Assembly: GCA_963733745.1 (NCBI GenBank)
Contig: CAVTFE010000002.1
Coordinates: forward strand, 70,558-134,557
Reading direction: 5' to 3'
DNA length: 64,000 nucleotides
Source: an uncultured bacterium
GTDB taxonomy: Bacteria; Chloroflexota; Ktedonobacteria; Ktedonobacterales; JADMIN01
In this document: piece after piece, positions 38,657-48,596 of the stretch
Position numbering within the stretch: the first letter of the stretch is position 1
Layout of the letters: the number at the start of each line of letters is the position of its first letter
Notes under the pieces: model-generated
The model's input: only the letters and a program-made list of their open reading frames with translations
Databases searched by the model: none
What the model was told of the DNA's origin: nothing
Translations under genes and position numbers: made by a program

Positions 38657-38937
38657 GACTCACCATTCTCCAAATCCTGTCGCCGCTCGACATGCCGCTC
38701 CCATACCTATCGCCGTGCTCGACGGCGAATCGCCGCATGCCATGGCGACGCTGTGAACGCCGTGGAGGTGAATTATACCCCGTTGCTCGCTCTCCTCCTT
38801 GAGAAGCGAAAGTTGGTTCGATCGCGCTCTTTGGCGGCTACTTCTTGGAGCCGCCAGGTGCCGCGCCTTGCTCATAACACGCGTTGCTTGACTCAAAGAC
38901 TTCAAGGTCTAGGCTTACCGCGCAGCGCGAGGTTGCG

Positions 38938-39632
38938 ATGACTGGCGACGATGAACTGCGGTTTATCGGCACACTGCCACGCTTCTTCGCCCGTATGGAG
39001 GATCTCTTCCTGCATCTGACTCGACACTGGCTGCGCCTCGTTGAGGGGAGCGAGGATGCCAATCGCTCCCGCTGGCCGATGCATCCCACCTGGCAGCAGC
39101 TGCGCGAGGCATTTGGGACACTCGCGAGCGTCCCTCCCTTGGATGATGAGAAGCGCCAGTTGGTGCGAGGCGCACGCTACCGTGGCAGAATGCGTCTCCT
39201 GCGGCGGATGGAGGCGGGGGTGATCCGCTCACTCGAGGTGGAAGACGCCTCACCGACAAGCACCGCTCTCATGATGCTCCAACGCTGGATGGAGCGGATT
39301 GCCGAGAAAGAGGTGGAGCGTATCACCGCGAAGTGCCGGCGCTATCAAGAGCAAGGAAGGCAATACCAGCATGGGTGCGGGCAGGGATGGATGAACGCTT
39401 CCGTCGCGTGGAGCAGGTCGAGCAGCGCATCCAGATGCTCCTGGGCATCTTTGGCGCACATGGTGTGTTGCCGCTGGAGTTCAAACCTGCCTACTCAGTA
39501 GGCGATCTGCTACTGCAGCACTTGGAGGGGCTGGAGCAGGAGGCAGAGGAGAAGGGCGGTGTCCAGCAAGTGCTCGCCGACCACTTCGCCAAGGTCTATA
39601 AGGTGAACCTGCCACTCACACAGGCAGCATAA
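38938..39632 (+). pseudogene. Family B/C protein, the only near full-length family B copy; apparent frameshift around 39360-39395
   Basis: The N-terminal frame (MTGDDELRFIGTLPRFF...NRSRWPMHPTWQQL...CRRYQEQGRQYQHGCGQG) must switch to the frame of ORF 39333..39632 (GMDERFRRVEQVEQRIQMLLGIFGAHGVLPLEFKPAYSVGDL...) to give the conserved C-terminal module. Confidence 0.5.
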
Positions 39633-39753
39633 CAGGATCAACAGCATAACAGGATCACAGGAGGTTCCTGCGCTGAATGTGCGTTACCAAGGCTCGCGCG
39701 GAGCCAGCGCCTAATCGGGATCACTGTCTGATCCAGGTTCGGATCTCGCAGTG

Positions 39754-40989
39754 TCACAAGCCGTGTAGCTGGCGCAGCGAGGGTGAGGCGAGGCCACTTA
39801 GCCCGGCTACGATGCAAGCGACGCCGGAGATCGCGATCACGAGCGGCGCCGAGAGAGATTGCAGCAGTACCCCGGCGAGCGCGGCGCCCAGAGGAGCGGC
39901 CGCTGCCACCAGCGAATGTCGGGCGCCGAAGACTTGGCCGCGTATCTCGGCGGGGACCAGCCGCTGTAATACGGTGGTCTCCATCGGCGTGTACGGCGAC
40001 CAAGCTGCACCCGCCAGGCCGAGGAACAGCATGGCGAGCAGGAGCTGATGAATGAGAAGCAGCGGGAGCAGCAGCGCTCCCCACAGGACCGCGATCAGCG
40101 GCAGTGCGATGCTTGGGCGCCAGCGGTGTGAGAGCCGCGTCAGCGTGATGACGCCGACGAAGGCCCCCACGCCGAAGCCTGTCCATAACAACCCATACCC
40201 GGCGGCGTCGGAGCCCAATGCCTGGCTGCTATAGACCGGCAGGGCCGCTTCCAATGGGCCGTAGGAGAAGAAGAATACCAGCGAGAGGAGAGTGAGGGCA
40301 AGCACATACGGCACGCTGAAGAGCGCGCCGAAGCCGAGCCAGCGATGCGCCTCCGCGTGCTGTGCCACACCGTGCTGTGCGACGCGCGCTTCACGCCTGA
40401 TCGTGGGCAGGGTCAGCGCCAGTAGCCCCATGAGCAAGAAGCTGGCGGCGTCGATGAACAGCGCCCACGGAGCGCCCACGGTGGCCACCACGAAGCCGGC
40501 CGCCACCGGGCCGGCGAGATAGGCGAACTGCAGGCTAGTCGCAGTGAGCGTATTGGCGCGGTCGAGGTCCTTGTCCTCCACCAGATGTGGCACAAATGCG
40601 CGTACCCCGGCTGTGGTCGCCGGCGAGAGCGCGCCGGCTAACAACGCCAGCACGAAGATCTGCCACACCTGCAACGATCCCAGCGCGTAGAGCGTGGGAA
40701 TCGCCGCGATGAGCGCCGCGCGGGCGAGGTTGTCGCATCCTATCACCAGCCGCGGCTGGTAACGATCCAACGCCCGCCCAAGGATCGCCCCAGTGACGAC
40801 ACCAGGGAGGTCGAAACAGAGAATGACAAGGCCCACCGCGGCGCCGGAACTGGTCACCGCCAGCACGAACCAGAGCAAAGCGATGAGGGTGAACTGGTCC
40901 CCGAGATACGAGACGCTTTGCCCCAGCCAGAGCCGCTGGAACGCAGGATGGCGCAACAGGAGCGCCAACACTTCAGCGGTTCGCGTCAT
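39754..40989 (-). CDS. MFS transporter
   Basis: 12-TM layout. FQRLWLGQSVSYLGDQF N-terminal motif. Confidence 0.85.
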   Translation of the reverse strand: MTRTAEVLALLLRHPAFQRLWLGQSVSYLGDQFTLIALLWFVLAVTSSGAAVGLVILCFDLPGVVTGAILGRALDRYQPRLVIGCDNLARAALIAAIPTLYALGSLQVWQIFVLALLAGALSPATTAGVRAFVPHLVEDKDLDRANTLTATSLQFAYLAGPVAAGFVVATVGAPWALFIDAASFLLMGLLALTLPTIRREARVAQHGVAQHAEAHRWLGFGALFSVPYVLALTLLSLVFFFSYGPLEAALPVYSSQALGSDAAGYGLLWTGFGVGAFVGVITLTRLSHRWRPSIALPLIAVLWGALLLPLLLIHQLLLAMLFLGLAGAAWSPYTPMETTVLQRLVPAEIRGQVFGARHSLVAAAAPLGAALAGVLLQSLSAPLVIAISGVACIVAGLSGLASPSLRQLHGL

Positions 40990-40998
40990 GCGCGGCGA

Positions 40999-41379
40999 CT
41001 AGGACTGAGCCACTGTCCACACGTTGCCATCGGGATCAGTAAGGGCAAACCACTTGACGCCAGAGCCTGGGCCATACAGGTCATCCTTTACGTCGTTGAC
41101 TTTGACACCCTTCGCTTTGAGCGTGTCATGCGCTGCATCAATATCCGACGTCGCCAGATAGAGCCTCATCGTCCCTGGTTTCATGTTGCCATGCATCGTC
41201 GACAACGTCAGCGTGGGCCCTCCACCAGGAAGTGTTAGCGTCACCCAATGCTGATCGCCCTGCCCAACCTCGGTGGTGACCGCCCAGCCCAATTGCTCCG
41301 CGTAGAACGCTTTGGCTGTCGCCATGTCGGTAACGGCCATCTGCACCATCAGCAGTTTTTCATCAACCATCGTCATCAT
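40999..41379 (-). CDS. VOC (glyoxalase/bleomycin-resistance) family protein
   Basis: 126 aa. AKAFYAEQLGW..., ...FALTDPDGNVWTV is typical of VOC proteins. Confidence 0.85.
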   Translation of the reverse strand: MMTMVDEKLLMVQMAVTDMATAKAFYAEQLGWAVTTEVGQGDQHWVTLTLPGGGPTLTLSTMHGNMKPGTMRLYLATSDIDAAHDTLKAKGVKVNDVKDDLYGPGSGVKWFALTDPDGNVWTVAQS

Positions 41380-41792
41380 CTACCCTTCCTGTGTTCACAG
41401 CAGCCGACTCGTTGCGCCAGGCTTCGGTGGGATGTTGTTCGTCGCGCTGACGTTGCTGACTCCCACGCGTCGTCGGCGTCCCTGCCAATGCGGCGTCGTC
41501 GGCGTCGTCGGCATCCTTGCCAACGCGACCTGCATCCGTGCATCGCCTGTGACATCCAAGAGAGGCCGGCGCACGATGAGTGCTCGATCCGCCACGCTCT
41601 GCTTATCACACGTAACAGGGTACGTGATCATGTCGTGGGATGGAATACGAGAATCCCGTAGTCCTCCGCAATGCTATCGATAACAAGAACCATGTGCGCA
41701 GACAGGCCCACACGAGAAACAGAGGCGCTCAGATATGAACATGCCTGCAGTCGTTTTGACCGCTGTCTGGAAGGCCGTCCCTGTTGTGAGTC

Positions 41793-42032
41793 TTGTGGGT
41801 GCAGACCGAGCTGAGGGGATGGATGAACGCTATTGGCCGCATGCTCCTTGGGATCTTTGCCTCCCATGGCGTCTTACCCCTCGAGTTCAAGCCGGCCTAC
41901 TCGGTGGGCGATCTCCTGCTGCAACAACCGTATGCGCTCGAGCCGGAGGCGGAGGAGAAGGGTGGCGTGCGGCATTTCCTGGCTGACCACTTCGCCAAGT
42001 GCTATAAGATCAACTTACCAACGGCCACGTAG
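41793..42032 (+). pseudogene. Family B module, 5'-truncated degenerate copy
   Basis: GWMNAIGRMLLGIFASHGVLPLEFKPAYSVGDLLLQ...EAEEKGGVRHFLADHFAKCYKINL. Shares GGATGGATGAACGCT with the 39378 region, then an internal deletion. No upstream homology. Confidence 0.45.
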
Positions 42033-42213
42033 ACTCAGTGAGGCGTGCTCCAAGGAGCGCTCATGCACTGGGGCATTACGGCATCCTTGTATCATTGCCA
42101 CGACTTCGGCTATTGGGTCGCTCCGCAGAGTGCAGGGTCGGTAAGATACACTGAAGCCAATGCTATACCACCCTCTCGACACTGCGGTGCTCCACAGCGG
42201 CAGAAGGAGTTAT

Positions 42214-44817
42214 ATGGCTTCACTGCTGCTCGAACGTGACGGGGAACTTGCTTCACTGCATGCCCTGTTAAGCGACACGATCACTGGTCATGGCCGCATT
42301 GCCCTGATTAAGGGCGAGGCTGGGATCGGCAAGACGACCTTGGTTGAGGGCTTTCTTGCGCAAACGCAGGAACGACGACACGATTCCATACAATCGTTGT
42401 GGGCTGCATGCGAAGCGCTCTTCACTCCTCGTCCACTTGGTCCTCTCTACGACATTGCTCAGCAATCCGCAGCGCCACTCCGCGCACTGCTTGAGGGTGA
42501 GGCACAGCGCTCAACGATCTTCACTGCAGTCCTCGACCTCCTCGTCCAAAGCCCTTTCATTCTTGTGATCGAAGACATCCATTGGGCCGACGAGGCGACA
42601 CTGGACTTCATCAAATACCTGGCCCGCCGCATCCAGCGCACAACTACATTGCTCATCCTGACCTACCGCGACGATGAAATCGGCCACAATCACCCGCTGA
42701 GACGTGTCCTCGGCGACCTACCTGCGCGAGATGTCGCAGGGCTCCAGCTGCGTCCGCTCTCGAAAGAAGCAGTGGCAACTCTGGAACTGCGAGCCCACCG
42801 TCCGATTGGTCGGCTGCATGCGATCACTGGAGGCAATGCTTTCTTCGTCGTCGAGGCGCTGGCCTCTGATGCGCCTGGAGCGCCAGCGACTGTTTCTGAT
42901 GCAGTGCTGGCACGGATCGCACGCCGGTCGTCGGCTGCGCGACGTCTCCTCGAGCTGGTCGCGGTGGCTCCAAACAGGATCGAACGTTGGGTGATCAAGG
43001 CGCTTGGCGCAGAGGACGAGGGAGCGCTCGATGAGTGTCTCGCCGCGCAGATGTTGCGCCTGGACGGGCAGACCATCACGTTTCGCCATGAGTTGGCGCG
43101 CCGAGCTGTCGAGGGAGCGCTCTCATCCGTACGACGGCAAACGCTCCATTCCCAGATCCTGCACGCTCTCTTGGACCAGGATGGTGGTGAGACACCATTG
43201 GCGCGTCTGGCGCATCATGCTGCAGTCGCCGAAGATGCGCCACTCGTCCTGCGGTTCGCCCCCGCCGCTGCGCAACAGGCGGCGGCGCAAGGCTCTCATC
43301 GGGAAGCGATAGACCACTACCAGACAGCGCTCCACTATGCCAACCAGATGACCTCAGAGCAACAGGCAGAGATGTTAGACGGATTATCAAACGAATACTA
43401 TCTCACTGGACAGATAGAGGAGGCGATAGCCCCATGCGAAGCTACCCTGACGCTCTGGTGCGCTCTGGATCAACAGCACAAAGCGGGGCGCACATTGAGA
43501 CGTCTCTCCCGCCTCAGTTGGAGTCAGGGTAGAAACGAAGAGGCCGAACGCTATGGATTGGAAGCAGTAGAGACGCTGGAGGCGCTGCCGCCGGATCGCG
43601 AACTGGCCATGGCATTCGCAAATATGGCGCATCTCAGCACACGGACGACCGATACAGCTGCTACTCTTCTTTGGGGGGAACGCGCCATCGCGCTAGCTGA
43701 GCGTCTTGGCGATCACGAGACGCTAACCTATGCCCTCAACAGTGTAGGCGCGGCTGAGATTGATAGCGGCGACGAGCGAGGGCAACCGACGCTGGAGCGG
43801 AGCCTCGAGATCGCGTTGGAACATGGCTATGAGGAACATGTCGCGCGCGCCTACGGCAACCTCGCCATCTGCAAGGTCGGATTCCGCCACTACGATGAGG
43901 CTGAGACCTACCTGCGCGAGGGCATCGCCTATTGTGCTGAGCGCGACCTTGATTTCTGGGGACATTTTCTGCGCTGGGTCCAGGCGCGCAAACGTATGGA
44001 ACTGGGTGACTGGGTTGGAGCCGAGGAAGATGTCACTGCGCTACTAGGGGTGGCTTGGATGGCTGTCACGAATCGACTTCCTGCGCTCCTCATCCTTGGC
44101 CGTATACGGGCGCGACGTGGTGACGGCGCTGCTGAAGCATTGTTTGACGAGGCGAGTGATCTGGCTCTCAGCATTGGCGAGCCTCGGCGTATGGAGCAAG
44201 TGGCCTCGGCGCGCGCGGAGTGGAGATGGCTGCAAGGAGATCTCGAAGGATGTGCAGCCGAAGCCAGCGTAGCGATTCGACCGCCATACCGTATCACCCA
44301 CCCATGGTACCAGAGCGACGTGGTGAACTGGGTCTGGCGGAGCGGCGTGTTGAGCGAAGCGCCATCTGGCGTCTTGGAACCCTATGCTTTGGAGATCTCT
44401 GGGAACTGGCGCGCGGCCGCCGGCATCTGGGAGCGGCTGGGTTGCCCCTGGGAGCAGGCGCTGGCTCTCCTACAGGGCGACGAAGCGGCGCAGCGGGCTG
44501 CCCTGGCCATTTTCGAGCAACTCGGCGCCATGCCTGCAGCGCTCATCTCCAAACGACGGCTCCGTGAACGCGGAGCACGCGGCCTCCCTCGTGGACCCTA
44601 TACACGTACGCGTGCGAATCAGCAGGGACTGACCAACCGACAGGTGGAAGTTCTCCACCTGCTGGCAGAGGGGCTACGCGATGTGGAGATCGCTGACCGA
44701 CTTTCGATCAGCCGCAGAACGGCTGAACAGCATGTCGGCGGGGTGTTGATGAAGCTCAATGCACGCACGCGAGCCGAGGCTGTACGTCACGCGTATGAGC
44801 TTGGGGCGCTTCCGTAA
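42214..44817 (+). CDS. LuxR-family regulator with N-terminal AAA/STAND ATPase and TPR-like repeats
   Basis: AAGGAG sits 6 nt before the ATG at 42214. Walker A GEAGIGKT. Long helical-repeat middle. C-terminal LTNRQVEVLHLLAEGLRDVEIADRLSISRRTAEQHV. Confidence 0.85.
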   Translation: MASLLLERDGELASLHALLSDTITGHGRIALIKGEAGIGKTTLVEGFLAQTQERRHDSIQSLWAACEALFTPRPLGPLYDIAQQSAAPLRALLEGEAQRSTIFTAVLDLLVQSPFILVIEDIHWADEATLDFIKYLARRIQRTTTLLILTYRDDEIGHNHPLRRVLGDLPARDVAGLQLRPLSKEAVATLELRAHRPIGRLHAITGGNAFFVVEALASDAPGAPATVSDAVLARIARRSSAARRLLELVAVAPNRIERWVIKALGAEDEGALDECLAAQMLRLDGQTITFRHELARRAVEGALSSVRRQTLHSQILHALLDQDGGETPLARLAHHAAVAEDAPLVLRFAPAAAQQAAAQGSHREAIDHYQTALHYANQMTSEQQAEMLDGLSNEYYLTGQIEEAIAPCEATLTLWCALDQQHKAGRTLRRLSRLSWSQGRNEEAERYGLEAVETLEALPPDRELAMAFANMAHLSTRTTDTAATLLWGERAIALAERLGDHETLTYALNSVGAAEIDSGDERGQPTLERSLEIALEHGYEEHVARAYGNLAICKVGFRHYDEAETYLREGIAYCAERDLDFWGHFLRWVQARKRMELGDWVGAEEDVTALLGVAWMAVTNRLPALLILGRIRARRGDGAAEALFDEASDLALSIGEPRRMEQVASARAEWRWLQGDLEGCAAEASVAIRPPYRITHPWYQSDVVNWVWRSGVLSEAPSGVLEPYALEISGNWRAAAGIWERLGCPWEQALALLQGDEAAQRAALAIFEQLGAMPAALISKRRLRERGARGLPRGPYTRTRANQQGLTNRQVEVLHLLAEGLRDVEIADRLSISRRTAEQHVGGVLMKLNARTRAEAVRHAYELGALP

Positions 44818-45013
44818 GCCTCCTTTACTTCCAGCGGTAAGGTTCCAAAATTAGGTAGTCGGGCCACCAAAACCACGAAGAAATACGGATGCGTTCTCAT
44901 CCTAGGCGCGGATATGCTGCGCCTGGCAACGCTGTTCCTCAGCCTAGAGATAGAAAGCGTAGCTGGCTGATACCTACCGCCCCTCTCGACCAGCCGAAAA
45001 GTATGGTGAAAGC

Positions 45014-46258
45014 ATGGCGGAGCATACACTTTCGCGGCGGACATTTCTGGCTGTGGCGGCTGGGTTAGGCGCGTCGGTGGCGGCTTTGGGCGCATGTGAA
45101 ATCGGCGGGGCCTCCACGATCCTGCTTGCTCCTACCGCTACGCCGAATCCCTCACCTGCTGCGCCGGGTCCATATCAGGTGGGCGAGGTGATCCTGGGCG
45201 AGGGGGGACTGGCGACAAGAGCGTTGCCACAGTTCTTGTCGTCTATCGGGGATCCATTTGAACACAATTTCGGCCTTCAGGATCGGCAATGCCCAGGTGG
45301 TGCTACAGTAGGCCCACGCCTGCAGGAGAACATTCCGGCTGCGGTCTACTATCCGACCGCGCTCGCGCCAACCGCGAACGTGAACAAGCGCAATGCTCTC
45401 ATTCCCACATTCCCTATATCTACCCCTAAGCCGCTGGGTATAGCCACCGGCCCGTTCCCTCTCTTGCTCTACGCGCACGCCTTTCGGGATCCACAGTTCA
45501 ATGCGTGCATGGGTCCGCACACCGCCAACAAGGATTACACCAGTGTCGACGTCATGCTGCGTCATGTGGCCTCGTATGGCTGTGTCGCGGTCGCCCCCGA
45601 CTTGAGCTGGCTCCCTGGAGCCTTCTTTGAGCAGGAGCCCGACTATTACTCCATCGGGATCGTGCTGCGCGCGCAGGTGCTCATGCGCTACTACGACTAT
45701 CTGATGTCGCTCAACAGCGAGCTGTTCGCTCAACAGCTTGATCTCTCACGTCTCGTTATAGTCGGCCATTCGACTGGTGGCCCCGCCGCAGTGGAGGCAG
45801 GGCGTCTCCTACGATATACCGTCTCGTTCCGTTCCCTCTCGTTCGGACTTATCGCCCCAATTCCAGGTGTCCTCTATGGAGCGCATAGCAACTTGCTGGT
45901 CCTCAAAGGCGGCCAGGACGGGGCGCATATTGGCAATGGTCCCGACACGCAATTTAACGCCGGAGGGCCGCCTAAGACGTTAGTGACGATTCCAGGCGCC
46001 AACCACTTTGGCTACACCGACCTGTGTACAGCTGACGATGTCTGCGTCTCCCTTGATCAGCCGGGCACGATTACTCACGCTGCTCAGCAACTGGCTGGAG
46101 CCTCATATCTGGCGGCGCTGGTACGCTACTACGCGCGGGGCGATCCCACAGCGCGCCCTTACCTCAGCGGTGACAAGCTCGTGGAGGAGCTGGAAGCCGT
46201 GCCTAGCATCCAGGTGCAGGCGCAAGGGTTTGACAGGTCAGCATCTTCCGGACCGTGA
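45014..46258 (+). CDS. Tat-signal lipoprotein alpha/beta hydrolase (chlorophyllase/PAF-acetylhydrolase/dienelactone-hydrolase-like)
   Basis: Twin-arginine signal SRRTFLAVAAGLGASVAALGAC with a lipobox Cys. Nucleophile elbow VGHSTGG. GANHFGYTD near the C-terminus. Confidence 0.8.
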   Translation: MAEHTLSRRTFLAVAAGLGASVAALGACEIGGASTILLAPTATPNPSPAAPGPYQVGEVILGEGGLATRALPQFLSSIGDPFEHNFGLQDRQCPGGATVGPRLQENIPAAVYYPTALAPTANVNKRNALIPTFPISTPKPLGIATGPFPLLLYAHAFRDPQFNACMGPHTANKDYTSVDVMLRHVASYGCVAVAPDLSWLPGAFFEQEPDYYSIGIVLRAQVLMRYYDYLMSLNSELFAQQLDLSRLVIVGHSTGGPAAVEAGRLLRYTVSFRSLSFGLIAPIPGVLYGAHSNLLVLKGGQDGAHIGNGPDTQFNAGGPPKTLVTIPGANHFGYTDLCTADDVCVSLDQPGTITHAAQQLAGASYLAALVRYYARGDPTARPYLSGDKLVEELEAVPSIQVQAQGFDRSASSGP

Positions 46259-46429
46259 GACGTCACCTACCTGTCATATGGTCGCGCCGCCAAGGCATCG
46301 ATCTGCTCACCTCGACAAGCGAATCAGTGTAGAGCGTTTTTACCCTTTCATGCTCCTTATTCCCTAGCCACTGTTGCTTGCTAATGCCCCGGCGAGTCTC
46401 TCGCTCGATGAAGAAAGCTGGGTGAACGC

Positions 46430-47533
46430 GTGTCAGAACAGACGTTGTCACGACGACAGCTGCTCGCGGCCGCTGGAGTCAGCGCAGGCGTTGTCATGCT
46501 TGGCTGTGGTCTCTCGAACCTGTCGGTGGTCCCAACGCCGACACCTGATCTTTCGCCCGCCTTGCCTGGCCCTAACCAGACCAGCCGGGTGATCCTTGGC
46601 GAAGGAGGCTTTCCGGCGTTGCAACTCGATAGAGATCAGTTTCCCGAGGCGCCGTCCAAGATCCTCGCCGCCGTCTACTTTCCGACCGACACAGTCATCC
46701 CTTCACCCACTCATTTCAATGGCGCGCTGCCACTCGCCCAAGGCCCCTACCAGTTTCCGCTCATCTTCTATGGCCATGCCATCCGTACCGCCACTGAGCC
46801 GAGCGCGGGACACGACCTGAAACGAGACTTCACCACGGTCAGCGCCATTCTCAGCCACCTCGCCTCCTACGGCTGTGTGTGTTTGGCGCCTGATATGAGC
46901 TGGATCAGCGGCGCTGCGACGAAGGCGGATTGGCAGCGCGAGGCGGTGATCTTCATCAAGTACTACCAATTCCTGGTCGCGACGCTTAACCAGCAGGTCT
47001 TCAACAATCAGTTGCGGTTGGGCAGCGTCGTGATGATCGGTCACTCGCACCGCGCCGGGTCGGTGGTCAACGCTGGGCGAGGGCTGCCCTTCTTCCAGGG
47101 GCCGAAACCGCTCGCCTACGGGCTGATCGCCCCAGAGTCCGACGGAGACATGGGTACCGACATTGCCAACGCTCTGGTGATCGGCGGAACACTCGACACA
47201 GATCAAGGGGCCTCCCCACAGGCCGCCTTCATGCATGGCGCGACGCCAAAGACGCGGGTGACCATTCCAGGCGCCAACCACTATGGCTATACTGACCTCG
47301 TCAGCCCTGATAACATGGCTGTCTGCAACTGCGTTGACGGCACGATCAATCTGCTGGACGAGAATGGGACGATCTCGCGCGACGATCAGCAACTGACCGG
47401 TGCGGCGTTCCTGGCGGCGATGGTACGCTACTACGCGCTCGGCGACGGATCTGTGCATGACTACCTGACTGGCCAACGGCTCGTCGAAGGGGTGAACGTC
47501 CCTAACATTCACGTCCAGGCGCAGGGACTGTAG
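46430..47533 (+). CDS. Paralogous Tat-signal lipoprotein alpha/beta hydrolase-fold protein with an atypical elbow
   Basis: SRRQLLAAAGVSAGVVMLGCG. Collinear with 45014..46258 (ASYGCV.LAPD.SW, GANH.GYTDL, YYA.GD). The elbow reads IGHSHRAG instead of GHSxG. Confidence 0.8.
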   Translation: MSEQTLSRRQLLAAAGVSAGVVMLGCGLSNLSVVPTPTPDLSPALPGPNQTSRVILGEGGFPALQLDRDQFPEAPSKILAAVYFPTDTVIPSPTHFNGALPLAQGPYQFPLIFYGHAIRTATEPSAGHDLKRDFTTVSAILSHLASYGCVCLAPDMSWISGAATKADWQREAVIFIKYYQFLVATLNQQVFNNQLRLGSVVMIGHSHRAGSVVNAGRGLPFFQGPKPLAYGLIAPESDGDMGTDIANALVIGGTLDTDQGASPQAAFMHGATPKTRVTIPGANHYGYTDLVSPDNMAVCNCVDGTINLLDENGTISRDDQQLTGAAFLAAMVRYYALGDGSVHDYLTGQRLVEGVNVPNIHVQAQGL

Positions 47534-47660
47534 CCGCGAGACGTGGCGCTTAAACAGGGGGTGGATGCATCGTCGCCGCTGCTGTGGCTGATGAAGACGC
47601 CAAAGGTGTCAGTCGTCAGCATAGCGGCCCTCCGGTGAGGACACAGGTGTCGTCGCCAGT

Positions 47661-48542
47661 GTGGCAGGTTGCGTGCGGGATGGCAAGGCGTCGGTCGTTC
47701 GCCATGAGGCGCGGCTGCGGCGGGATGCCGTACGCACGCTGGGATTGCCAGCTAATATTCTGGGCGGCTTGGACGATCCTTGGGTGCTCTTGGAGCATCT
47801 CGCTGACGTCTGGGGTTATGTCGTGGGACTGGCCCCCAACGGTTACGGCGCTCCTCGTGATGGCGCTCCCACCGACTGTGCAACGAGTACCTCGCCAGTA
47901 GATGTGGCCTGGATCCGCAGGGTGATTCCCGATGCTGACTCCAATCGCTCCCGCTGGCCGACTGATCCCGTGTGGCAGCTGGTCCAGGCAGCGCCTTTCA
48001 CTGATGTATCCTCCAAAGCACGCCGTCTCATGCGCCGCGAGCAGCATGTCCATGCTGTCGAGCAACTCGATGCGGGCGCGTATGGCTACCTGGTGAGTAG
48101 GACGGCGTTGCTCCATCCCAAGGGGGAGACCTTCGATGTCTCGATGGGACTGCGGGGCTTCTTCGAGGCGCTCACCAAGATCGCTGCGCAGCCAGAGAAG
48201 GACTTCGGCGAACTGGTGCGCCAGCGTCGACGCAAACGTGGACTGGCGGTCGCGCCCACAGGGAAGATTCTTCCCTTGCTGCCGGTGTGGCGCGGTGACC
48301 TTTCAATGGAGGGAATAGCGCTGGATAGAGCAGCAGAGAGGTTGTTTATAGGCGACTGCCCAGCCGATGAGCTACGTGCGGCGCGAATACGGTTGGGCGA
48401 GCTCCGGATGAAGGAGGCACTGCTTGCATTGGACGAAGCGGGCATGCGTGAGGCGTCAACGCACGAGGTGGCGCGACTCGAGCAGGTCTATGAGCACGAA
48501 CTTACTGCATACGGTGCAGCTATCCAGAGAGATCTTACGTAA
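47661..48542 (+). CDS. Hypothetical protein, distant paralog of the 38938 N-terminal region (family C)
   Basis: Shares the DSNRSRWPTDPVWQL motif and a 21-nt identical core with 39059-39079. Start codon uncertain (GTG at 47661). Confidence 0.5.
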   Translation: MAGCVRDGKASVVRHEARLRRDAVRTLGLPANILGGLDDPWVLLEHLADVWGYVVGLAPNGYGAPRDGAPTDCATSTSPVDVAWIRRVIPDADSNRSRWPTDPVWQLVQAAPFTDVSSKARRLMRREQHVHAVEQLDAGAYGYLVSRTALLHPKGETFDVSMGLRGFFEALTKIAAQPEKDFGELVRQRRRKRGLAVAPTGKILPLLPVWRGDLSMEGIALDRAAERLFIGDCPADELRAARIRLGELRMKEALLALDEAGMREASTHEVARLEQVYEHELTAYGAAIQRDLT

Positions 48543-48596
48543 TGAGTTCGTCGTTCCCACTGATACCCACGACCTCGCAGAGAGATTGCGCTAAAG

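Noticed and set aside
38261-38941. 226-aa plus-strand ORF
   Set aside because: It is antisense to the 82-aa gene, which has an RBS. Its Arg/Ser/Cys-rich composition marks it as a likely shadow ORF.
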